From assembly GCA_963663385.2 (NCBI GenBank), contig CAXXXD010000003.1, positions 704,001 to 768,000 of the forward strand: DNA of 64,000 bases. Reading direction: 5' to 3'. This stretch comes from Oceanispirochaeta sp. Lineage in GTDB: Bacteria > Spirochaetota > Spirochaetia > DSM-2461. Positions 38,812-48,764 of this stretch are shown here, in pieces (the stretch's first letter is position 1; each line of letters opens with the position of its first letter). The position numbers and the translations under genes were made by a program. The notes beneath the pieces were generated by a model. The model was given only the letters and a program-made list of their open reading frames with translations, was not told the DNA's origin and searched no databases.

Positions 38812-40320
38812 ATGAAGATCTTACTTGATACAAATATTCTAATACATCGAGAATCAAATCGAGTCATAAATCAAGATATAGGTCTTCTTTTTTATTGGCT
38901 TGATAAAATGGGTTATGAAAAATGGATACACCCAGATTCAATAAATGAAATTGAAAATTACCAAGATCGTATTGTTGTTGAAACCATACGAGCTAAAATA
39001 CAAAATTATAGATTATTAAATACGTTATCCGAAGACAATGTTGATATTCAAAGAATAAGAAAAGAATTTGATAATAACAGAAATGATGAAATAGATACTA
39101 ACCTTTTAAAAGAAGTCCATAATCAGAGAATAGAATATTTCATTACAGAAGATAGAAAAATACATAAGAAAGCAAAAAGTTTAAATATTCATGATAAAGT
39201 TTTCACAATAGATTCTATTATCGAAAAATTAACCTTTGAAAATCCAGATCTAATCGAGTATCCAATCCCATCAATTAAGAAAATTTACTTTGGGAATATC
39301 GATGTAAATCAATCTTTCTTCGATTCATTTCGGGAGGATTATCCAGGATTTAACGAATGGTTCAATAAAAAATCGGAGAATGAAGCATATATTTCAGAAG
39401 TGAGTAATCATATTGTTGCCTTTTTGTATATCAAAATTGAAGACGAAAGAGAAAATTATAAAAATATAACTCCAAATTTCGCACCTCATAGAAGGTTGAA
39501 AATTGGAACTTTTAAGGTTATTTCTAATGGATATAAAATAGGTGAGCGATTCCTAAAAATAATCTTCGATAATGCTGTAATAAACAAAGTTGATGAAATA
39601 TATGTTACAATATTCTCAAATAGCTTAGAGAAAAAAATGTTGATAAATCTTCTATGCGATTGGTGTTTTACAGAATTTGGAAAAAAACATAATGCTTATG
39701 GAAATGAATTAGTTTTTATACGTAAGATATCTTCATTTGAAAATGGATATTGTAAAAATATTTTTCCAAAGATACCCTTAAATACAGATAAGTATATTGT
39801 CCCTATATATCCTGCATATCATACAAATCTTTTCCCTGATTCAATATTAAATAATGAAAGCCCAATAGATTTTATCGAGAATGAACCATTTAGAAATGCG
39901 ATACAAAAAGTTTATATCTCACGATCGATAAATAGAGAATTTAAAGAAAATGACCTTATTGTTTTTTATAGAACAGGTGGTTTCTATAAAAGTGTTATTA
40001 CTACAATAGGTATTGTGCATTCTGTTATTGACGATATTAGTTCGGAAAGAGACTTTTTAAGTCTTTGTAGAAAACGATCAGTGTTTACTGATAAAGAATT
40101 ATCAGAACATTGGAACTATAATCGAGGGAATAGACCTTTTATAGTAAATTTTCTATATTCATATTCTTTCCCTAAACGGATAAATATGGAAAAATTAATA
40201 AATTTAGGTATAATACCGGATAGATTCTCAGCTCCCAGAGGGTTTGAGCCATTATCAGACTCAAAATTTGACACAATACTTAAGGAGACCAATTCTGATG
40301 AACGTTATTTTATCCATTAA
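38812..40320 (+). CDS. PIN - GNAT - PUA/ASCH-like multidomain protein
   Basis: PIN: ILLDTNILI...FITEDRKI; GNAT-like: LKIGTFKV...GYKIGERFL...IYVT; PUA-like: IVPIYP.YH..LFPD, KVYIS, DLIVFYRT. Confidence 0.75.
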   Translation: MKILLDTNILIHRESNRVINQDIGLLFYWLDKMGYEKWIHPDSINEIENYQDRIVVETIRAKIQNYRLLNTLSEDNVDIQRIRKEFDNNRNDEIDTNLLKEVHNQRIEYFITEDRKIHKKAKSLNIHDKVFTIDSIIEKLTFENPDLIEYPIPSIKKIYFGNIDVNQSFFDSFREDYPGFNEWFNKKSENEAYISEVSNHIVAFLYIKIEDERENYKNITPNFAPHRRLKIGTFKVISNGYKIGERFLKIIFDNAVINKVDEIYVTIFSNSLEKKMLINLLCDWCFTEFGKKHNAYGNELVFIRKISSFENGYCKNIFPKIPLNTDKYIVPIYPAYHTNLFPDSILNNESPIDFIENEPFRNAIQKVYISRSINREFKENDLIVFYRTGGFYKSVITTIGIVHSVIDDISSERDFLSLCRKRSVFTDKELSEHWNYNRGNRPFIVNFLYSYSFPKRINMEKLINLGIIPDRFSAPRGFEPLSDSKFDTILKETNSDERYFIH

Positions 40321-40693
40321 ACCAAAGTATGTTGATAAAATATTCAAAGGTGAGAAAACATTTGAATATAGAAAAAGTATATTTAAAAGAAATGACATAG
40401 AGAAAGTCATAATATATTCTTCATCTCCAGTAATGAAAGTTGTAGGTGAATTCAAGATTAAAGATATTTATTGTGCCAATCCTGATGAGATATGGGAGAA
40501 TACAAAATTAGAATCTGGAATTGATGAAACTTTCTTTAGGAAATATTTTGACGGGAAGGATAAAGCATTTGCAATAAAAATAAACAACCTAAAACAATAT
40601 AAAGATGAATATGATTTATTTAAAAGCTTTGGAATAAAACCACCTCAATCATTTGCATATGTAGACAACGGTATAACAAAGCTATGCAACTGA
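40298..40693 (+). CDS. ASCH domain protein
   Basis: ILSIKPKYVDKIFKGEKTFEYRK, IYSSSP, PPQSF; AAGGAG RBS before ATG 40298; stop inside attC. Confidence 0.85.
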   Translation: MNVILSIKPKYVDKIFKGEKTFEYRKSIFKRNDIEKVIIYSSSPVMKVVGEFKIKDIYCANPDEIWENTKLESGIDETFFRKYFDGKDKAFAIKINNLKQYKDEYDLFKSFGIKPPQSFAYVDNGITKLCN

Positions 40694-40805
40694 CCCAATT
40701 TTTGTCACGATTTTTGCCTTCGGCCGTTACGGAACTAATCGTTCCTACACTCAAAAATCACGCCAACCCTTCGGGACAATTGGGCAGCTGATAGCGATGT
40801 TATAC
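40671..40805 (+). other. attC site (135 bp)
   Basis: GTATAAC-aaagc-TATGCAAC ... GCTGATA-gcgat-GTTATAC; CGGTATAAC complements cassette start GTTATACCG. Confidence 0.88.
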
Positions 40806-40846
40806 GGAAAAAGATATACAAATGAATAGTATCGGAGATAATTCCA

Positions 40847-40875
40847 TTGTCTGAAATTATTGAGACTGTTAGAAT
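40847..40875 (+). promoter_or_regulatory. Sigma70-type promoter, probably leaderless, for the R-M cassette
   Basis: TTGTCT-17-TAGAAT with TGn extension; ATG 6 nt downstream; no SD. Confidence 0.6.
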
Positions 40876-40881
40876 ACAAAA

Positions 40882-42255
40882 ATGATGAATAATAATACGA
40901 AATATCGAATCGTTAGCCTTTTTAGTGGGTGCGGTGGCTTAGATATTCCTTTTTCAGAAGATAAATATGAATTTGCAGGAGCATATGATAATGATCCTGC
41001 TGCTATTAAATGTTTAAATCATAATCTACGATGCAATGCTAAAGTTCTAGATGTTTTAAGTGAGGACTTTACTCCAGAAATGAAGGCTGTTGGTTCCGCT
41101 GATATTGTACTTGGAGGATTTCCGTGTCAAGGTTTTTCAAAATCAGGTCCTAAAAAAGAGAATGATCCACGAAATAAATTATATAAGTCGATGCTAAATG
41201 CAGTTGATATTTTACAACCAAAAATATTCATTGCAGAAAATGTCGATGGCTTAGTTCAGAATTTCAAGGGATCTTTTGTAGAGCAAATAATAACAGATTT
41301 TAATGAAATCGGATATGATGTCGAGCATAGAATCCTAAATGCAGTAAATTATGGTGTTTCACAATATAGAAGAAGAATATTCTTTGTTGGTAAAAAAAAG
41401 GAATCAAATTCTAAATTTGATTGGCCTGAACCCAAACATGAAGGAAAAAGTAGGAATGGAGAATTCAAAACAAAATGGGATGTATTTGATCGCGATTCGT
41501 TGTTTTTTCAACATGAGATTCTACCTAGCAAAACAATAAAAGATAGTATTGAGGATTTATTAGATATAAAATCCAATATTCCTGATCATATACATTTACC
41601 AATTTCAGAGAAAGATGTTGAGATAATGAAAAATATTGGAGAAGGTAAGAAGTTATGCAATGTAAGATTTTCTAATACATCTGTATATACTTGGAACATA
41701 CCAAAAGTATTTGGAGAGATTTCTGAAAAAGAAAAAGCTATTTTGGAAATAATAGGTAAAAATCGCAGAAAAAAAATATATGGAAATATACCAAATGGTA
41801 ATCCATTATCGATTGAAGTTATTAAGGAATTATCTGGATTTGATATTTTACCAAATGAACTCAATTCTCTTATCGATAAAGGATATTTAAAATTAAAAAA
41901 TAATAAATATGACTTAAAAGGTGCAATGTTTGCTTCTGGAATATATAAAAGACCTAATTGGAATGAACCTTCACCAACTGTTCTTACTGTATTTGATAAT
42001 CCAAGGTTCTTTTTCCATCCATTAAAAAATAGACCATTCACAATCAGAGAAGCCGCTAGATTACAGTCTTTTCCTGATAGTTTTGAGTTTATTAATTCAG
42101 GTATTTCTATAAAGGATGCTTATAGATTAATTGGAAATGCTGTTCCTCCTTTACTTGCTTCTCATTTAGAAAAAGCTATTTTTAACTACTTAAATAAAGA
42201 AGGTTTTAATGAAACTAGAACTGAAAACATTAACATTAACAGAAAAGCTCAATGA
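40882..42255 (+). CDS. DNA (cytosine-5)-methyltransferase
   Basis: SLFSGCGG, GGFPCQGFS, ENV, QYRRRIF, REAARLQSFP, IGNAVPP. Confidence 0.95.
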   Translation: MMNNNTKYRIVSLFSGCGGLDIPFSEDKYEFAGAYDNDPAAIKCLNHNLRCNAKVLDVLSEDFTPEMKAVGSADIVLGGFPCQGFSKSGPKKENDPRNKLYKSMLNAVDILQPKIFIAENVDGLVQNFKGSFVEQIITDFNEIGYDVEHRILNAVNYGVSQYRRRIFFVGKKKESNSKFDWPEPKHEGKSRNGEFKTKWDVFDRDSLFFQHEILPSKTIKDSIEDLLDIKSNIPDHIHLPISEKDVEIMKNIGEGKKLCNVRFSNTSVYTWNIPKVFGEISEKEKAILEIIGKNRRKKIYGNIPNGNPLSIEVIKELSGFDILPNELNSLIDKGYLKLKNNKYDLKGAMFASGIYKRPNWNEPSPTVLTVFDNPRFFFHPLKNRPFTIREAARLQSFPDSFEFINSGISIKDAYRLIGNAVPPLLASHLEKAIFNYLNKEGFNETRTENININRKAQ

Positions 42256-43699
42256 ATTTGATTTTTGGATAACTTCCAGATTATCAGAAATTAAAGACTC
42301 AGAAAAATTTAAATCAGAGATTAATCAAATCATTAATGCCATAGAGGTTTTGGGAACTCGAACTTCTAATTTTGATAATATCGAGGATGTATCTCCTAAG
42401 AAAATATCAGAATCTATTATTTATCATGTAAAGGGTAAGACTGGAACAGAACAAGAAGTAGCAATCCTTGGACTAATCAGCTTTATTTTTATGGTTACCG
42501 GGAAATCAGATAATAACTGTAAATGTCAGTTTCCAGTATATTTGCACAAGCAATTAAATAAGGATTCTATTCCAAAGATAAACTCGAATTCCACAATCGA
42601 AAATATTCCTATTCCTAGAACTATAAATGATTCGAGAGTCGCAAAAATTGTTGCCTCATTAGATAAATCACCTTTAGAACAATATGATTTTTTGTCTTCA
42701 TATATTCATTTTCTACTGGAAGAAAAATCATACATAGATTCTTTGTGGTCATTAGGTAGAACATATTTCCAATTAAAAGAAATTGGCTACCAAGAAGCAT
42801 TTTTATTACCACTTGTTGTTTATAGAGTCAGGGGTTCTGTAAGTGCATCTGGAGGTCATGAACCTGAAGAAATATTACGGGATCGAATGATAGAATGGGG
42901 ATTAGTAAGAGAAACAGATTTTAATACTAATGATGTGATTGTTGGAGAAGTAGATAAAAAATCTAAAACAAGGGCTTATGATTTTGTCTTACCCTATAAG
43001 ATTGATAGTTGGAGCCAAAAAATATTTATTCAAAGTCAGTTTTATGCAGGTGATAGTGGAAGTGTAAGTCATAAAAATGTTGATCAAATAAGTACTTCAA
43101 GATCTCATGTCAAATCAAAAATTTCAGAACCTATCTTTTTGGAATATGTTGATGGTGCCGGATATTATAGCTCCTTAAATGGAGATTTAAAGAAAATTCT
43201 TGCTATGGATGATACAGAAGATTTTTTCCAAGTAAAGACATCAGTTGTAAAATTAAGATTCTACCTTCAAGAGATTGGTTTTATAACTCCCATGGAGATT
43301 TTTCATGGTATTCTACTTGGTAATAATCATGAAGAAAAATGTAAAAAATTCCTAGAATCGCAGGGTTATAGTGAATCTGAAATTGAAAGAAGCATTAGCA
43401 ATGCTATTTCTAGACATCTTATATCATATGATAATTCAATTCTATCAATTGCATCTGATAATATTAGGATTGCTAAAAAGTATTTCTTATTAGATGTTAT
43501 AGTAAATCATTCTAATGAAAAAAGTAAAAGAGATAAAGGATGTTTTTTTATACCAGGTAAAGGTAATCAGATGGGAATTTCTTTTACGGATCTAGGAAAG
43601 GCAATTCAGAACTATTCCTCAGATATATGGAAAGATCCCTCTGCTTTACTTGAAGATATTCAATTCCTAATAGATAAAGGGTTTGTGAGCTCTACATAG
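42209..43699 (+). CDS. Putative type II restriction endonuclease
   Basis: Overlaps m5C MTase in same cassette; GHEPE...RAYDFVL...IFIQSQFY resembles a variant PD-(D/E)xK core. Confidence 0.7.
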   Translation: MKLELKTLTLTEKLNEFDFWITSRLSEIKDSEKFKSEINQIINAIEVLGTRTSNFDNIEDVSPKKISESIIYHVKGKTGTEQEVAILGLISFIFMVTGKSDNNCKCQFPVYLHKQLNKDSIPKINSNSTIENIPIPRTINDSRVAKIVASLDKSPLEQYDFLSSYIHFLLEEKSYIDSLWSLGRTYFQLKEIGYQEAFLLPLVVYRVRGSVSASGGHEPEEILRDRMIEWGLVRETDFNTNDVIVGEVDKKSKTRAYDFVLPYKIDSWSQKIFIQSQFYAGDSGSVSHKNVDQISTSRSHVKSKISEPIFLEYVDGAGYYSSLNGDLKKILAMDDTEDFFQVKTSVVKLRFYLQEIGFITPMEIFHGILLGNNHEEKCKKFLESQGYSESEIERSISNAISRHLISYDNSILSIASDNIRIAKKYFLLDVIVNHSNEKSKRDKGCFFIPGKGNQMGISFTDLGKAIQNYSSDIWKDPSALLEDIQFLIDKGFVSST

Positions 43700-43711
43700 A
43701 AATCCGTATAA

Positions 43712-46412
43712 ATCGGGTAGCCGGAGGCTTTTAACCTCCAGCCCCCACACCACCCTGCATGCGGGTCCGCACAGGGCGGTTCACTCCATGGAGCAAACGA
43801 AACTATAATTTGATCATGTGTAGCCCTGGATTTTACACCAGAGGGCCTTAATATTGATCAATCCTTGCTCTTCCAACCATTTATTGGACATAGCGGCATT
43901 GGTTGCATAGCCGTAAGCGGTAATTCTTCCCACATTGACAGCATTTTAGGACTGATGGATCAGATTGCAATATCTTCAGCAGTTAAGTTATAGGGAAGTA
44001 ATTTTTCATAATCACTCTGTTTTTCACAGCAGGGCAATTCCCGGAAGATAAAGTACAAGTAAGCATAAACTGGAAGATTGTTCATCTTCGCAGATTCAAC
44101 GAGACTGTACAGAATTGCCGATGATTCAGCACCTTTCGGGCTTCCGGCAAAAAGCCAGTTTTTTCTCCCGATTACGAAGGGTCTGATTGCATTTTCAGCG
44201 CTATTGTTCGAAGGAGTCAAAACAGGATTTTTCAGATATAGAACCAACTGCTCCCAGTTGCTCAATGTATACTTCATCGCCTTACCGAACTCTAAAGAAG
44301 GAGGTACTTGAGGATAAAGCTTCGTCAGTTTTTTCTGTAACTTATCTAGTATCGGTTCTGCTCTATTTTGTCGCTGTTTATGAAACCCTTTTAGCGAATA
44401 ATTATCCCGTAATGATTCCAGTTCAAACAGATCCTTTATCAGGTCGAGAATTTGCTTTGCTTCTGCATCTTTTTTCTTGGTTGATTCCCAATATTGGAAG
44501 AACTTTCTTCTGGCATGGGCCCAGCATAAGACATGCTTTATATCTCCATCAACTTTTTTTCGGGCAGTATGGTAGGCCTCAAAATCATCAGTTTGAACCC
44601 AGCCAGAGTAATTTTCCAAGAAATCCAACGGAATTGCATGGGATCGGCCTTGCTCATACTGAAATATGACACATTTTTTATCGGGATCTCCTCTGAGAAA
44701 GACCCACATCCATGATTTATCTGAAGCTTTTCGTTTCGGTTCCTTTAGAACCTGAACTCTCGTCTCATCGGCATTAATAATGGAACCGGATTTAATGTTT
44801 TCTTTCAGCAAATCATATAGAGGCTTACATGCCGTTGCCGATTTTATCGTAAGATTGCTCAATGTCGCCCGGGGGATCGGTATGCCTATCTGGTTTAACC
44901 GTTTTGATTGCCTGTAGAAAGGAAGAGCGAACTCAAACTTTTCGCTTATACTCCAAGCGAGCAGGCTTTCATCGGCAATACTGCCCGCGACCAGATGCTT
45001 TGCTCCTTCTGCGGTCTGTACAGCAGCTTCATCAAGAGTCGTCCCTTCACAATTCTTGCAGGAGTACTTTTTTCTACGTTCCTGAATAACAACGACTTTT
45101 GACGGAATAATTTTTGCTCTCTCGGAAACATCTTCACCGATACAGGTCTTTTCTGTTCCGCAGGCACAGATCTTATCTTTATCCGGAATATCATATTCCA
45201 CGATCTCTCTCGGCAGATCTGCCGGCAGAGGTTTCCGGCCGGATTTTTTAATATTTTTCTTGTAGGAACCGACCTCAACCGTTTCAATAACATTTTTCTC
45301 CTGCTCTTCATCATTCTGAGCAAAAGCACTATCTTCCGCTTCATTGAAGAGAGAAGCTTGTTTCTTATCTTCGGCAGTTATCTTCTCTGATTTTGTTCCA
45401 AAGTGCAGGAGGTTCAGTTTTGCTACTTGCTCCTGGAGAATGGCATTAAGTCTTTTCAGTTCAGCAATTTCTATTTTTTGTGCATCAAGTTGTTCTCTTA
45501 AATGCTGTTCTTCATTCTCCATACGGGGAATTCTATCAAAGTTTCTATAATTATAAAATCTCTAAATACGGGAATATGATAATTTTTTATGCGCTTTGAA
45601 AAAGTCTATTCCCGTCAGGAGCATTTTCAATTCATCCATGCTGATCTCTTTAGCATCTTCATCTGTTTCCGGCCAGGGATATCTGTTCTCTTCCAGTCTC
45701 TTCTGCCAGAGACAAAAACCGGTATTATCCCAGTAGACAATTTTCAGAAGTTTTCTCTGCCGGTTACAAAAGAGGAATAGCGATTTGGCGAATAAATCAT
45801 GATTCATTTCATTCTGGATAAACAGAGATAATCCGTTGATCGCTTTTCTTAAGTCTGTCGTGCCGGGTCTCAGAAAGATCCGGTATTCGTTCAGGTCAAC
45901 AAACATTACAACTCTCTCAGAATCTTCAGAAGATCTATCAGGGATTGCCTGTTATAACCTGATGCCAGATCCAATGAGAAATCCTTGTATCTGAGTATCA
46001 TTGTGGGGTTTTGTGGCTGTAATACCGGGGCTTTCTGTTTGATTTCAATAAAACTGCTTTTCTTTAATTTTTTTCGATTCTTGTAGAAAGATGTATAGTG
46101 AACTCCTTTATCTGCGCAGAACTCAGAAATTGTTTTCCCGCTCTGTTTTTGTTCTTCGATTAATTCAGGCCAATTCCAGTTGGTCATATTAGGTTCCTCC
46201 ATGATTTTTCATGGAGTATATAATCATTTCGAAATCACGCAAGATGGAGAGAATTACCGCTTACGCATAGCCTTTTGACAGATGCCAGTAGGACTTACTA
46301 CTTGCTCCTGTCATAATGGCAAAATCTTTCGGAATACCCAGCTCCATCAGTTTCCTGACTTTTGTTCTGGGGTAACGCCACTGTTTCCAGTAGCACATAC
46401 GGATTCTTCTTC
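43712..46412 (-). pseudogene. Second group IIC-attC intron insertion: 3' remnant (43712-43912, 46265-46412) split by IS66
   Basis: Same 3' end ATCGGGTAG directly after R'' CCGTATAA (complements cassette start GTTATACGG); near-identical to 26865 onward. Confidence 0.92.
43913..46264 (-). mobile_element. IS66-family element, copy 2 (tnpA 45906-46202, tnpB 45562-45906, tnpC 43960-45522)
   Basis: Proteins identical to copy 1; 8-bp TSD GCATAGCC. Confidence 0.95.
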
Positions 46413-48764
46413 GTAAGCGGTAATTCTTCCCACATTGACAGCATTTTAGGACTGATGGATCAGATTGCAATATCTTCAGCAGTTAAGTTATAGGGAAGTA
46501 ATTTTTCATAATCACTCTGTTTTTCACAGCAGGGCAATTCCCGGAAGATAAAGTACAAGTAAGCATAAACTGGAAGATTGTTCATCTTCGCAGATTCAAC
46601 GAGACTGTACAGAATTGCCGATGATTCAGCACCTTTCGGGCTTCCGGCAAAAAGCCAGTTTTTTCTCCCGATTACGAAGGGTCTGATTGCATTTTCAGCG
46701 CTATTGTTCGAAGGAGTCAAAACAGGATTTTTCAGATATAGAACCAACTGCTCCCAGTTGCTCAATGTATACTTCATCGCCTTACCGAACTCTAAAGAAG
46801 GAGGTACTTGAGGATAAAGCTTCGTCAGTTTTTTCTGTAACTTATCTAGTATCGGTTCTGCTCTATTTTGTCGCTGTTTATGAAACCCTTTTAGCGAATA
46901 ATTATCCCGTAATGATTCCAGTTCAAACAGATCCTTTATCAGGTCGAGAATTTGCTTTGCTTCTGCATCTTTTTTCTTGGTTGATTCCCAATATTGGAAG
47001 AACTTTCTTCTGGCATGGGCCCAGCATAAGACATGCTTTATATCTCCATCAACTTTTTTTCGGGCAGTATGGTAGGCCTCAAAATCATCAGTTTGAACCC
47101 AGCCAGAGTAATTTTCCAAGAAATCCAACGGAATTGCATGGGATCGGCCTTGCTCATACTGAAATATGACACATTTTTTATCGGGATCTCCTCTGAGAAA
47201 GACCCACATCCATGATTTATCTGAAGCTTTTCGTTTCGGTTCCTTTAGAACCTGAACTCTCGTCTCATCGGCATTAATAATGGAACCGGATTTAATGTTT
47301 TCTTTCAGCAAATCATATAGAGGCTTACATGCCGTTGCCGATTTTATCGTAAGATTGCTCAATGTCGCCCGGGGGATCGGTATGCCTATCTGGTTTAACC
47401 GTTTTGATTGCCTGTAGAAAGGAAGAGCGAACTCAAACTTTTCGCTTATACTCCAAGCGAGCAGGCTTTCATCGGCAATACTGCCCGCGACCAGATGCTT
47501 TGCTCCTTCTGCGGTCTGTACAGCAGCTTCATCAAGAGTCGTCCCTTCACAATTCTTGCAGGAGTACTTTTTTCTACGTTCCTGAATAACAACGACTTTT
47601 GACGGAATAATTTTTGCTCTCTCGGAAACATCTTCACCGATACAGGTCTTTTCTGTTCCGCAGGCACAGATCTTATCTTTATCCGGAATATCATATTCCA
47701 CGATCTCTCTCGGCAGATCTGCCGGCAGAGGTTTCCGGCCGGATTTTTTAATATTTTTCTTGTAGGAACCGACCTCAACCGTTTCAATAACATTTTTCTC
47801 CTGCTCTTCATCATTCTGAGCAAAAGCACTATCTTCCGCTTCATTGAAGAGAGAAGCTTGTTTCTTATCTTCGGCAGTTATCTTCTCTGATTTTGTTCCA
47901 AAGTGCAGGAGGTTCAGTTTTGCTACTTGCTCCTGGAGAATGGCATTAAGTCTTTTCAGTTCAGCAATTTCTATTTTTTGTGCATCAAGTTGTTCTCTTA
48001 AATGCTGTTCTTCATTCTCCATACGGGGAATTCTATCAAAGTTTCTATAATTATAAAATCTCTAAATACGGGAATATGATAATTTTTTATGCGCTTTGAA
48101 AAAGTCTATTCCCGTCAGGAGCATTTTCAATTCATCCATGCTGATCTCTTTAGCATCTTCATCTGTTTCCGGCCAGGGATATCTGTTCTCTTCCAGTCTC
48201 TTCTGCCAGAGACAAAAACCGGTATTATCCCAGTAGACAATTTTCAGAAGTTTTCTCTGCCGGTTACAAAAGAGGAATAGCGATTTGGCGAATAAATCAT
48301 GATTCATTTCATTCTGGATAAACAGAGATAATCCGTTGATCGCTTTTCTTAAGTCTGTCGTGCCGGGTCTCAGAAAGATCCGGTATTCGTTCAGGTCAAC
48401 AAACATTACAACTCTCTCAGAATCTTCAGAAGATCTATCAGGGATTGCCTGTTATAACCTGATGCCAGATCCAATGAGAAATCCTTGTATCTGAGTATCA
48501 TTGTGGGGTTTTGTGGCTGTAATACCGGGGCTTTCTGTTTGATTTCAATAAAACTGCTTTTCTTTAATTTTTTTCGATTCTTGTAGAAAGATGTATAGTG
48601 AACTCCTTTATCTGCGCAGAACTCAGAAATTGTTTTCCCGCTCTGTTTTTGTTCTTCGATTAATTCAGGCCAATTCCAGTTGGTCATATTAGGTTCCTCC
48701 ATGATTTTTCATGGAGTATATAATCATTTCGAAATCACGCAAGATGGAGAGAATTACCGCTTAC
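46413..48764 (-). mobile_element. IS66-family element, copy 3 (tnpA 48406-48702, tnpB 48062-48406, tnpC 46460-48022), no TSD
   Basis: Identical proteins; flanks TCTTCTTC vs ACTTTAAA do not match. Confidence 0.95.

Noticed and set aside
38555..38857. Minus-strand ORFs over long attCs (also 28620-28937, 30447-30647)
   Set aside because: Translations of attC, intron or IS sequence with inconsistent starts and stops between copies
43913..48764. Composite transposon formed by IS66 copies 2 and 3
   Set aside because: Copy 2 has its own TSD and the outer flanks do not match; only 148 bp of intron lies between them
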